Shown: positions 1-7,850 of the stretch, piece by piece
Position numbering within the stretch: position 1 is the stretch's first letter
Layout of the letters: every line of letters begins with the position of its first letter
Assembly (NCBI GenBank): GCA_963622435.1
Contig: CAVFIY010000002.1
Location: forward strand, 1 to 27,364
DNA from: Bacteroides uniformis
Lineage (GTDB): Bacteria; Bacteroidota; Bacteroidia; Bacteroidales; Paludibacteraceae
Reading direction: 5' to 3'
DNA length: 27,364 nt
Position numbers and translations under genes: made by a program
Notes under the pieces: generated by a model
What the model was told of the DNA's origin: nothing
What the model saw: only the letters and a program-made list of their open reading frames with translations
Databases searched by the model: none

Positions 1-228
1 GCATACTTCTATTTCGAACTGCCTGAAGATCAAGCGATTTGCCACTTCATGGGTGAGGTAAACGAGACCCGACACATTTGGATGCACAACAACCAGGCTG
101 TGCTGTCGCCCGAGTGGTCAATCCACAGTGCGGCTGCCACTCACAACTACACATTCATCTGGGGTATGGGCGGTGAAAACCTCGACTACGGAGACCAGGA
201 TTTCAGCCTTATCACAGACTTGAAATAA
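1..228 (+). CDS. kduI: 5-dehydro-4-deoxy-D-glucuronate isomerase, C-terminal part (5' end outside the window)
   Basis: Frame 1 reads [67 protein letters not shown]..., the characteristic KduI C-terminus. TAA at 226-228. A kduD-like gene follows. Confidence 0.93.
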   Translation, partial: AYFYFELPEDQAICHFMGEVNETRHIWMHNNQAVLSPEWSIHSAAATHNYTFIWGMGGENLDYGDQDFSLITDLK

Positions 229-274
229 TGTGTAATTTTTAATTTGTAATGTGTAATTAGTAATTTGTAATTGG
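226..274 (+). repeat. Heptamer tandem array (TAATKTG-like x7) starting at the kduI stop codon
   Basis: TAATGTG TAATTTT TAATTTG TAATGTG TAATTAG TAATTTG TAATTGG. Confidence 0.9.
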
Positions 275-328
275 GCATTACATAAAATACAAGTAGTCCA
301 AGACAAAACTATCCTCATTGTATCCTCC

Positions 329-501
329 TTGCATCCACCGCGCTTCTAATTAAGAATTAAGAATGATGAATTAAGAATTGCATGGTGAGTTGTTCTAAAT
401 TGCAGAATGAGTTTCTTTGCATCCGCCGTGCTTCTAATTAGGAATTAGAAATTAGGAATTAGGAATTGCATGGTGAGTTGTTCTAAATTGCAAGATAAGT
501 T
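329..501 (+). repeat. Tandem duplication with 88-bp period, each copy containing an AATTARG heptamer array
   Basis: TTGCATCC..GCTTCT-(AATTARG)n-AATTGCATGGTGAGTTGTTCTAAATTGCA starts at 329 and again at 417. Confidence 0.9.
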
Positions 502-611
502 GCTCTGATTTATATAAACAGTTATGAATGAGTTACTTAGACTTGCAGAGTATTAAAAGAAAGAAAGGCTGCAGTCGTAGCGGGCGAAACTTTTTTCTTG
601 TAAGAAAAAAG

Positions 612-677
612 AAAAATTGCGCACTATGCGCAACAAGGACAGCAAAAATAGCGTACCTTTGCAGCGGATTTTAGAAC
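612..677 (+). promoter_or_regulatory. Putative Bacteroidota sigma-A promoter with upstream palindrome; copy 1 of a 66-bp dispersed repeat
   Basis: TACCTTTG (-7 element TAnnTTTG) at 654-661. Inverted repeat TTGCGCA-CTA-TGCGCAA at 617-633. 59/66 identical to 10719-10784. Confidence 0.7.
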
Positions 678-787
678 ACTATCCTCGCAGCAGATGTAAG
701 GACTATACAAAGAAACTATATACTATATATTGAAAGCGTACACATAAGGTAACATAAGGTAAAGTAGGCGTATATATTATATAGGGA

Positions 788-866
788 AAGGATTGAAGAA
801 GGATTGGAAAGAGGATTAAAAAAGAAGACTCAAAGGAGGCTCAAAAAGAAGACTCAAAAGAGGCTC
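788..866 (+). repeat. Purine-rich ~12-bp-period degenerate tandem repeat upstream of kduD
   Basis: AGGATT units at about 789, 800 and 812, followed by AAAAAGAAGACTCAAARGAGGCTC x2 (819-842, 843-866; 1 mismatch). Confidence 0.75.
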
Positions 867-918
867 GGATGAGGACAATTGAAAGAAACAACAACTAACC
901 ACTAATAACAAAACAGTT

Positions 919-1722
919 ATGAAAAACCCATTTTCTTTGGAAGGAAAGAATGCGTGGATTACAGGCGCATCCTACGGAATTGGTTTCAACATTGCAAAGG
1001 CATTTGTTGAGGCAGGTATCAAGACCATCATCTTCAACGACATCAACGAGGCTGCCCTCGAACGCGGCTTGAACAACTATGCGGAAGCAGGTATCAAGAA
1101 TGTGAAAGGCTATGTCTGCGATGTAACAAAAGAAGACGATGTCAAAGCATTGGTTGAGAAAATTCACCAAGAAGTAGGACAAATCGATATCCTCGTAAAC
1201 AACGCCGGTATCATCAAGCGTATCCCTATGCACGAGATGAAACGCCAAGAGTTTCAACAAGTTATCGATGTGGACTTGGTGGCTCCGTTCATCGTAAGTT
1301 CTGCCGTACTGCCCGAAATGATGGCACGCAAAGAGGGAAAAATCATCAATATCTGCTCGATGATGTCCGAACTCGGTCGCGAGACGGTCAGCGCTTATGC
1401 TGCTGCCAAAGGTGGTCTGAAGATGTTGACCCGCAACATCTGCTCGGAGTACGGCGCATACAACATTCAGTGCAACGGCATCGGTCCGGGCTACATCGCT
1501 ACCCCGCAAACCGCTCCGCTGCGTGAGATTCAACCCGACGGCAGCCGTCATCCGTTCGACAAGTTCATCTGCGCAAAGACCCCTGCAGGTCGTTGGCTCG
1601 AGCCGAGTGAGTTGGGAGGTCCTGCCGTGTTCTTGGCTTCGCACGCTTCAGATGCCGTAAACGGACACATCCTCTATGTGGACGGCGGTATCTTGGCGTA
1701 CATCGGCAAACAACCGGAATAA
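919..1722 (+). CDS. kduD: SDR oxidoreductase of the gluconate 5-dehydrogenase / 2-deoxy-D-gluconate 3-dehydrogenase (KduD-like) type
   Basis: TGASYGIG nucleotide-binding motif, NNAG, catalytic YAAAK. 267 aa. Lies downstream of kduI. Confidence 0.85.
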   Translation: MKNPFSLEGKNAWITGASYGIGFNIAKAFVEAGIKTIIFNDINEAALERGLNNYAEAGIKNVKGYVCDVTKEDDVKALVEKIHQEVGQIDILVNNAGIIKRIPMHEMKRQEFQQVIDVDLVAPFIVSSAVLPEMMARKEGKIINICSMMSELGRETVSAYAAAKGGLKMLTRNICSEYGAYNIQCNGIGPGYIATPQTAPLREIQPDGSRHPFDKFICAKTPAGRWLEPSELGGPAVFLASHASDAVNGHILYVDGGILAYIGKQPE

Positions 1723-1725
1723 AAT

Positions 1726-1760
1726 AATTAGGAATTAGGAGTTAGGAATTAGGAATTCTA
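1726..1760 (+). repeat. Heptamer array (AATTAGG)x4-5 filling the kduD-DUF4861 spacer
   Basis: AATTAGG AATTAGG AGTTAGG AATTAGG AATTCTA, then ATG at 1761. Confidence 0.9.
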
Positions 1761-2672
1761 ATGAAAAAAGCACTTTATTTTGCGGCATGTCTGTGCGTGT
1801 TGGCTGCTTGTCAGCCGACCGAACAGGCACGCGTTTACGGACGCTATGTGCCTGAACGCAAAGACGACTTTGCGTGGGAAAATGAGTATGCTGCCTTCCG
1901 TCTCTACGGTCCTGCCCTGCTGCCCGAGTACCCCTCGAACGGCGTGGACTTGTGGCTGAAGGCTACCCCCGAACTGGTGGTTGACAGTTTCTACTATCGC
2001 GAACACCAACTCGGACTGCCGTATCACATCAACTATGGCAAAGGACTCGACTGCTACAAGGTGGCGCACACAGTAGGCTGCGGCGGATTGGCTGTCATGG
2101 CAGACAGTACACTCTATGTGGGTGGTCCCTACTCGAGTTGGAAAATCCTGGAGCAGACACCCAACAAGTTTGTGTTCTGTCTGACCTACGACAGTCTGCT
2201 CGTCTGCGACCAAATAATGAACGCCACCTACACCGTTACTGCGGAAGCAGGCAAACTGTTCAACAAGGCGGAAGTGGTGATAAACTGTCCGACCAAGATA
2301 CGCCTGCCGCAACTCTATGTGGGCGGCGGTATCTACATGCACGACACGGTGGACAATGTGATGCAGTGCGGCAAGTGCGGCGCCATTGCGTATTGCGAAG
2401 ACGCTCTGTCGGACAAATATGCGGCAAAACTGAACTACGAGTACAACGGTTCGACCTCGCAAGGGCGTGATTATGTGGCAGTTGTAACACCGGGTGCTAC
2501 CTATCAGGGTGTCTTGGACGGCAGTCTGCTGTCGCTCAAAGAATACCATGTAGGCGACACACTGACTTACTACTTCGGCGCATGCTGGAGCGAGTGGAGC
2601 AACGGCGAACTGCGCATGCCGACCGACAACGATTGGTTCGAGGCGGTACGCAAAGAAGCAAAGAACCTCTAA
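1761..2672 (+). CDS. DUF4861-like lipoprotein (uronate/pectin-utilisation context)
   Basis: Lipoprotein signal MKKALYFAACLCVLAA-C. Motifs GRYVPERKDDFAWEN..AFRLYGPAL and GKGLDCYKV recalled as DUF4861. Confidence 0.75.
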   Translation: MKKALYFAACLCVLAACQPTEQARVYGRYVPERKDDFAWENEYAAFRLYGPALLPEYPSNGVDLWLKATPELVVDSFYYREHQLGLPYHINYGKGLDCYKVAHTVGCGGLAVMADSTLYVGGPYSSWKILEQTPNKFVFCLTYDSLLVCDQIMNATYTVTAEAGKLFNKAEVVINCPTKIRLPQLYVGGGIYMHDTVDNVMQCGKCGAIAYCEDALSDKYAAKLNYEYNGSTSQGRDYVAVVTPGATYQGVLDGSLLSLKEYHVGDTLTYYFGACWSEWSNGELRMPTDNDWFEAVRKEAKNL

Positions 2673-2690
2673 AACGCAAATCACATAGGC

Positions 2691-3761
2691 ATGACCTATC
2701 TAATACTACGACTTTCGACGCTGGGGAATGTGGCGATGACCGTGCCGGTCATCGCCTCCGCCGGCAGACTGCAACCGAATGACCGATTTGTCGTAGTGGC
2801 GAAAAAGCCCCTCGGGGCGATGTTTTACGGGGTAGAAAATGCTGTTTATCATCAGGTTACGGCGACGGGTGCGTGGCGGGTGCTACGCCTTTGGCATGCG
2901 CTGCAAAAATACCATATCGACTGCGTTATCGACCTACAAGATGTGGCACAGACCCACCTGCTGCGTGTACTGTTCCGCCTGCAGGGGAAGCGGATTGTGA
3001 GCATACACTACGGGCGGATGCAGAAACGGCGGATGTTGTTCAGAGGCGCCACCAAGAGTGAGGCTCTGCCGACCGAGTTCGACCGCTACCGAGATGCACT
3101 CGAGCGAGCGGGGCTGCACACGGATGACGGGTTCGAGGCGTTGGAGATAAATAAGGCGGCACAGCATGCCGTCCGTGAGCGGTTTGGAGAGAAGACGGGG
3201 CGGTGGATTGGGATTGCGCCTTTCGCGAAATCGAAATCGAACATGTTGCCCTATCGCATAACGAAAGAGGTAATAGAGCGGTTGTCGGCAGAGGCGGACA
3301 CCCACCTGTATCTCTTCGGGGCAGGAAAAATAGAATGTGAGATGTTGCGCCAATGGGCAAGCGTCTTCCCGAACACAACAAGCGTGGCGGGGCAGTTGCC
3401 GTTGGAGCAGGAATTGGAACTTATGCGGAGCCTCGACTGTATGATATGTATGGACTCCGCCAATCAGCACCTCAGTTCGCTCGTGGGACTACGGGCGGTG
3501 AGCGTATGGTGCGCCACCCATCCGAAGATGGGTTTCATGGGGTGGAAACAACGGGAAGAAGACATAATTCAACGGGAAGACATCGTATGCCGCCCCTGCA
3601 CTTGTCACGGACGGAACTGGTGTTGGTACCGCAACTTTGCCTGCAAAGAAATTGAGGCAGAAAAAATCATACAACAAGTAAACAACGGGCGTAATGACCA
3701 ACAAAAAGACGAGAAATGTCGTACCTTTGCACCCGAAATCGAAATAGGAAACAGACTATAA
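2691..3761 (+). CDS. Glycosyltransferase family 9 (heptosyltransferase-like)
   Basis: N-terminal ILRLSTLGNVAMTVP, then VIDLQ, IGIAPFA, MDSANQHL and CRPC motifs typical of Bacteroidota GT9. Confidence 0.85.
   Translation: MTYLILRLSTLGNVAMTVPVIASAGRLQPNDRFVVVAKKPLGAMFYGVENAVYHQVTATGAWRVLRLWHALQKYHIDCVIDLQDVAQTHLLRVLFRLQGKRIVSIHYGRMQKRRMLFRGATKSEALPTEFDRYRDALERAGLHTDDGFEALEINKAAQHAVRERFGEKTGRWIGIAPFAKSKSNMLPYRITKEVIERLSAEADTHLYLFGAGKIECEMLRQWASVFPNTTSVAGQLPLEQELELMRSLDCMICMDSANQHLSSLVGLRAVSVWCATHPKMGFMGWKQREEDIIQREDIVCRPCTCHGRNWCWYRNFACKEIEAEKIIQQVNNGRNDQQKDEKCRTFAPEIEIGNRL
3694..3729 (+). promoter_or_regulatory. Putative parAB promoter inside the GT9 3' end
   Basis: TACCTTTG at 3722-3729, 42 bp before the parA ATG. 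ATGACCAAC motif at 3694. Confidence 0.65.
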
Positions 3762-3771
3762 ACAACACGAT

Positions 3772-4539
3772 ATGAGTAAGATAATTTCGTTAGCCAATCA
3801 AAAAGGCGGAGTGGGAAAGACCACCACAGCCATCAATTTAGCCGCCGCCTTGGCTATGCAAAAAAAGAAAGTGCTTTTGGTCGATGCCGACCCACAAGCC
3901 AATGCCTCATCGGGATTGGGCGTGGAGATCCGCGAGCAGGAAAGTACTATATATGAATGTCTTATCAACGGCATTGACCCGCACACGGCGATTGTATCAA
4001 CCTCTGTAAAAGGGTTGGATTTGGTACCGAGCCATATTGACCTAGTGGGCGCGGAGATAGAGATGCTCAATATCGAGAACCGCGAGACGCTACTCAAGAA
4101 TATCCTCGGGCAGGTACGGGCAGAATACGATTATATCCTCATCGACTGCTCGCCGTCGCTCGGACTTATCACCGTCAACGCACTCACGGCGAGCGATAGT
4201 GTGATTATCCCCGTACAGTGTGAGTTCTTCGCCCTCGAAGGAATCGCTAAGTTGCTCAATACCATAAAGATAATCAAGTCGCAACTCAACCCTGCGCTGC
4301 AGATAGAGGGTTTCTTGCTGACGATGTACGACAACCGTCTGCGCCTGAGCAACCAAGTGTATGAAGAGGTGAAACGCCATTTCGGGGACTTGGTTTTCAA
4401 CGCTGTTATCGCCCGCAATGTGCGCCTCAGCGAGGCACCGAGCCACGGGATGTCGGTGTTGGAGTACGACCCGCAGAGCAAAGGGGCGCAGAACTACCAG
4501 GCACTCGCCAAAGAACTCATCCGACGCAACAAAGCCTAA
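3772..4539 (+). CDS. parA: Chromosome partitioning ATPase ParA/Soj
   Basis: Deviant Walker A KGGVGKTT, DADPQAN, IDCSPSLG. Immediately followed by parB. Confidence 0.96.
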   Translation: MSKIISLANQKGGVGKTTTAINLAAALAMQKKKVLLVDADPQANASSGLGVEIREQESTIYECLINGIDPHTAIVSTSVKGLDLVPSHIDLVGAEIEMLNIENRETLLKNILGQVRAEYDYILIDCSPSLGLITVNALTASDSVIIPVQCEFFALEGIAKLLNTIKIIKSQLNPALQIEGFLLTMYDNRLRLSNQVYEEVKRHFGDLVFNAVIARNVRLSEAPSHGMSVLEYDPQSKGAQNYQALAKELIRRNKA

Positions 4540-4563
4540 ACTTTCTTCTCTAAACAAAACTGC

Positions 4564-4591
4564 ACTGAACTCTCAACACTAAACACTCAAC
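4564..4591 (+). repeat. Heptamer array (ACTNAAC-like x4) in the parA-parB spacer
   Basis: ACTGAAC TCTCAAC ACTAAAC ACTCAAC. Confidence 0.7.
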
Positions 4592-4600
4592 TAAAAGAAA

Positions 4601-5440
4601 ATGAAGAAAATAACCGGACTGGGGCGAGGACTGGATGCCCTGATAGATACCACGCATGTGGACACCAACGGCGGGAGCAGCATCAGCGAGGTGGAACTGA
4701 ACAAGATAGTGGCGAACCCCGACCAACCGCGCCGTAACTTTGACAAAGAATCGTTGGAGGAACTGGCGGATTCCATTCGGGAACACGGCGTCATATCCCC
4801 CATCACACTCCGCAAAAACGACGACGGCACCTATATGATTATCGCCGGTGAACGGCGTTTCCGTGCGTCGAAGATGGCAGGGCTGAACTCTATCCCTGCC
4901 TATATCCGCACGGCGAAGGACGAGCAGGTGATGGAGTGGGCACTCATCGAGAACATTCAGCGCGAAGACCTCGATGCGATAGAGATTGCCTTGGCATATC
5001 AACGCCTGATGGACGACTACCAACTGACGCAGGAGCGTATGTCGGAGCGAGTGGGGAAGAAGCGTGCCACCGTGGCGAACTACCTGCGTCTGCTCAAACT
5101 GCCTGCGGAGATTCAGATGGGTATCAAGGAGAAGAAGATTGATATGGGGCATGCACGCGCCATACTCGGTTCTCCCTCCACCGAACAGCAACTCGACCTC
5201 TATCAGCGTATTCTCAAAGAGGGGTTATCCGTCCACAAAGTGGAAGATCTGGTCAGTGCCGCCAAGCCCGAGACCGAGAAACGCAAGGCACCCAAAGAAC
5301 CGACCCCCGCTGCCTACAAGGCGTACGAGAAAAAAGTCGCCGATACGCTGCAAACAAAAGTAAAAATCACCGATAATCGGCTCACTATCTTCTTCGAAGG
5401 CGAAGAAGAACTGAAGGCGGTATTGGCACACTTGCAATAA
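4601..5440 (+). CDS. parB: Chromosome partitioning protein ParB/Spo0J
   Basis: LGRGLDAL N-terminus, NPDQPR, GERRFRA box II, ENIQREDL, HTH region. Confidence 0.96.
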   Translation: MKKITGLGRGLDALIDTTHVDTNGGSSISEVELNKIVANPDQPRRNFDKESLEELADSIREHGVISPITLRKNDDGTYMIIAGERRFRASKMAGLNSIPAYIRTAKDEQVMEWALIENIQREDLDAIEIALAYQRLMDDYQLTQERMSERVGKKRATVANYLRLLKLPAEIQMGIKEKKIDMGHARAILGSPSTEQQLDLYQRILKEGLSVHKVEDLVSAAKPETEKRKAPKEPTPAAYKAYEKKVADTLQTKVKITDNRLTIFFEGEEELKAVLAHLQ

Positions 5441-5456
5441 AAATACACTGCTCTTT

Positions 5457-6137
5457 TTGAAACGATACGCCTACATAGTTACTCTCATCGGTCTTTGCCT
5501 GACCTTCGCGAGCCGTGCTGCCGCCCAAGTAGTGGACGCAGGGGAGTATTATGTACACCCCGTCCAAGACACGACTGCGAAATCGGAGGCGGATGACTAT
5601 CGTTACTACATCGACCTCAAGAAGAAGCCCGATGCCCTAAAAGCCGTGTGGCTGGGGGCTATTCTGCCCGGTGCGGGACAGATATATAATAGGAGTTACT
5701 GGAAACTGCCGATTGTCTATGGCGGTTTTATGGGCTGCGGGTACGCAATCTCGTTCAACCAATCCCGCTACGACACTTATAAACAGGCATATAGGGATTT
5801 GTACAATGACACGCAGAAAGGCATTGTCAGCACCACGGATATGAGCAAGACCTACAACGCCGTACTGCCCGAAGGATACACCATTGAGCGCATGGGCGGC
5901 GTGAGCAAATACACCTCCACCCTGCAGACCTGGCAAAGCACCTATCGGCGTTACCGCGACATCAGTATTGCCGTCACGATTGCCGTCTATGCACTGACCC
6001 TTATCGATGCGTATGTGGACGCACAACTCTTTGATTTTGACATATCTCCCGACCTAACGCTCAGCATCGAGCCGCAGATTTACTACGACCTGCAGCAGCG
6101 GCGTACAACGGAGGTGAAACTCGCCATTGTATTTTGA
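5457..6137 (+). CDS. DUF5683-like membrane/secreted protein (start uncertain, TTG)
   Basis: AILPGAGQIYNRSYWKLPIVYGG and IDAYVDAQLFDFDISPDL motifs. Usual position after parB in Bacteroidota. Confidence 0.8.
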   Translation: MKRYAYIVTLIGLCLTFASRAAAQVVDAGEYYVHPVQDTTAKSEADDYRYYIDLKKKPDALKAVWLGAILPGAGQIYNRSYWKLPIVYGGFMGCGYAISFNQSRYDTYKQAYRDLYNDTQKGIVSTTDMSKTYNAVLPEGYTIERMGGVSKYTSTLQTWQSTYRRYRDISIAVTIAVYALTLIDAYVDAQLFDFDISPDLTLSIEPQIYYDLQQRRTTEVKLAIVF

Positions 6138-7495
6138 GACACGCATTATTCCCCATACTGTTTGTGCTCTGCCTGCCCTTTGCGGGAAAGGCAGAAACGC
6201 TGTTGCCCGACTCGGCGGCTGCCCATAGCACGCCCCTCGACTCCGTGCAAACCCTCGAGATAGACACGCTCGAGATGGACTCTATTGAGCAACTCATTGA
6301 ATCTATGGAGGATACGACCGCGACTGCTCCCGTTTTTCCACAGCATTGGAACGACAGTATTCTCTCGGACTTGGACTGCCGCCTGCTCGATTGGGCACTC
6401 GGCGGGTTGGATACGGCACAATGCACCGCCATTCCAGAAACGGAAGCCCTACCCGACTCGGTCTATATTGCTCGTTTACAGGCACTTCCGTGTGTTGTGG
6501 AACTACCCTACAACGCCATTGTTCGCAGTTTCATACTCCGCTACACGCAGCGCAATCCCAAGCAGTTGGCGCGACTGAAGCGCATGTCGGAATACTATTT
6601 TCCTATCTTTGAGGAGGCACTGAACCGTTACGGGCTACCGTACGAACTGGAACTGATGCCCGTCATCGAATCGGCACTCAATCCGCAAGCGTACTCACAC
6701 ATGGGGGCGGCGGGGATATGGCAATTCATGCCCTACACAGGCAAGCGTTACGGGCTGGAAATCAACTCGTTAGTCGATGAGCGGCTAGACCCTGTCCGCT
6801 CCACTGATGCCGCCTGCCGTTTCCTCAAGGCGATGTACGATGTCTTCAAAGACTGGAATCTTGTCATCGCCGCCTATAATTGCGGGTCGGGCAATGTCAG
6901 CAAGGCCATACACCGTGCGGGCGGCAAACGGGACTTCTGGAGCATCTACCCCTATCTGCCGCGGGAGACACGCAGTTACCTGCCTATTTTTATCGCCGCA
7001 AACTATGCACTCAACTACAGCGACGCCCACGGGATATGCCCCGCGCCGATAGAGAAAACGATGCTCACCGACACCATCCACACCACGCACCGTCTGCACC
7101 TCGAACAGGTATCTACAAAGTTGGACATAGATATCCAAGAACTTCGGCGGCTTAACCCACAGTATATCAGAGACATACTGCCCGGCGGAACAGCGTATGC
7201 GCTCTGCCTGCCCGCAGAGAAAACGGGGTTGTTTATCGAGCAGGAAGACAGTATCTATGCCCACAAGGCTGACCAACTGATTAACAACCGTCGGGCGGAG
7301 ATAGATATGGCAAAAGTGACCGACATCAGCGGGGCATACCGCATCAACGGCGTCACCTATTATACTATTAAGAACGGGGACACCCTCGGCGGGATTGCGA
7401 AGAAGTTCCACTGCACGGTCAAGCAGTTGCGGGCATGGAACGGACTGCAGAACGACAACATCCGTGCAGGGCGTAAACTCAAGATTTGCAAGTAG
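6134..7495 (+). CDS. mltD: MltD-like lytic murein transglycosylase with C-terminal LysM domain
   Basis: SLT motifs IESALNP, AAGIWQFM, AAYNCG, LPRETRSY. LysM YTIKNGDTLGGIAKKF. TTG start overlaps the upstream TGA. Confidence 0.9.
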   Translation: MRHALFPILFVLCLPFAGKAETLLPDSAAAHSTPLDSVQTLEIDTLEMDSIEQLIESMEDTTATAPVFPQHWNDSILSDLDCRLLDWALGGLDTAQCTAIPETEALPDSVYIARLQALPCVVELPYNAIVRSFILRYTQRNPKQLARLKRMSEYYFPIFEEALNRYGLPYELELMPVIESALNPQAYSHMGAAGIWQFMPYTGKRYGLEINSLVDERLDPVRSTDAACRFLKAMYDVFKDWNLVIAAYNCGSGNVSKAIHRAGGKRDFWSIYPYLPRETRSYLPIFIAANYALNYSDAHGICPAPIEKTMLTDTIHTTHRLHLEQVSTKLDIDIQELRRLNPQYIRDILPGGTAYALCLPAEKTGLFIEQEDSIYAHKADQLINNRRAEIDMAKVTDISGAYRINGVTYYTIKNGDTLGGIAKKFHCTVKQLRAWNGLQNDNIRAGRKLKICK

Positions 7496-7502
7496 TTAGA
7501 CT

Positions 7503-7829
7503 ATGCCGACGCCGACAAAAACATACTATTCCATGCGGGAGGTCATTGCCAAGACGGACTTGGCGGCGGCGACACTGCGCTACTGGGAACAGCAGTTCAG
7601 CCAACTCGCACCGCGCAAGGACGGACACGGCAATCGTTACTATACGCAGGAGGACATCGACTTGATACTGCGCATCAAGTACATCCGTGACGAATTGAAA
7701 ATCACTCGATTAGATGCCATTCGCCGCGAGTTGAACACGGACGACCATAAAGCGGACGCTCGTAAACGCGCCACCGATATACTCCTTCGGCTGCGGGAAG
7801 AGTTGGAGGGTATTCGCTCGGCGTTATGA
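7503..7829 (+). CDS. MerR-family HTH protein
   Basis: YYSMREV...TLRYWEQQF..L.PRK...GNRYYTQEDI, a MerR HTH pattern. Confidence 0.88.
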   Translation: MPTPTKTYYSMREVIAKTDLAAATLRYWEQQFSQLAPRKDGHGNRYYTQEDIDLILRIKYIRDELKITRLDAIRRELNTDDHKADARKRATDILLRLREELEGIRSAL

Positions 7830-7850
7830 GGTGCTTTTTTTCCTCTCACC

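Noticed and set aside
118..318. 66-aa minus-strand ORF
   Set aside because: It is a translation of the heptamer array plus antisense kduI and shows no protein-like features.
895..2684. Long antisense ORFs opposite kduD and the DUF4861-like gene (249 and 308 aa)
   Set aside because: They are mirror-frame shadows of well-supported genes, explained by codon bias.
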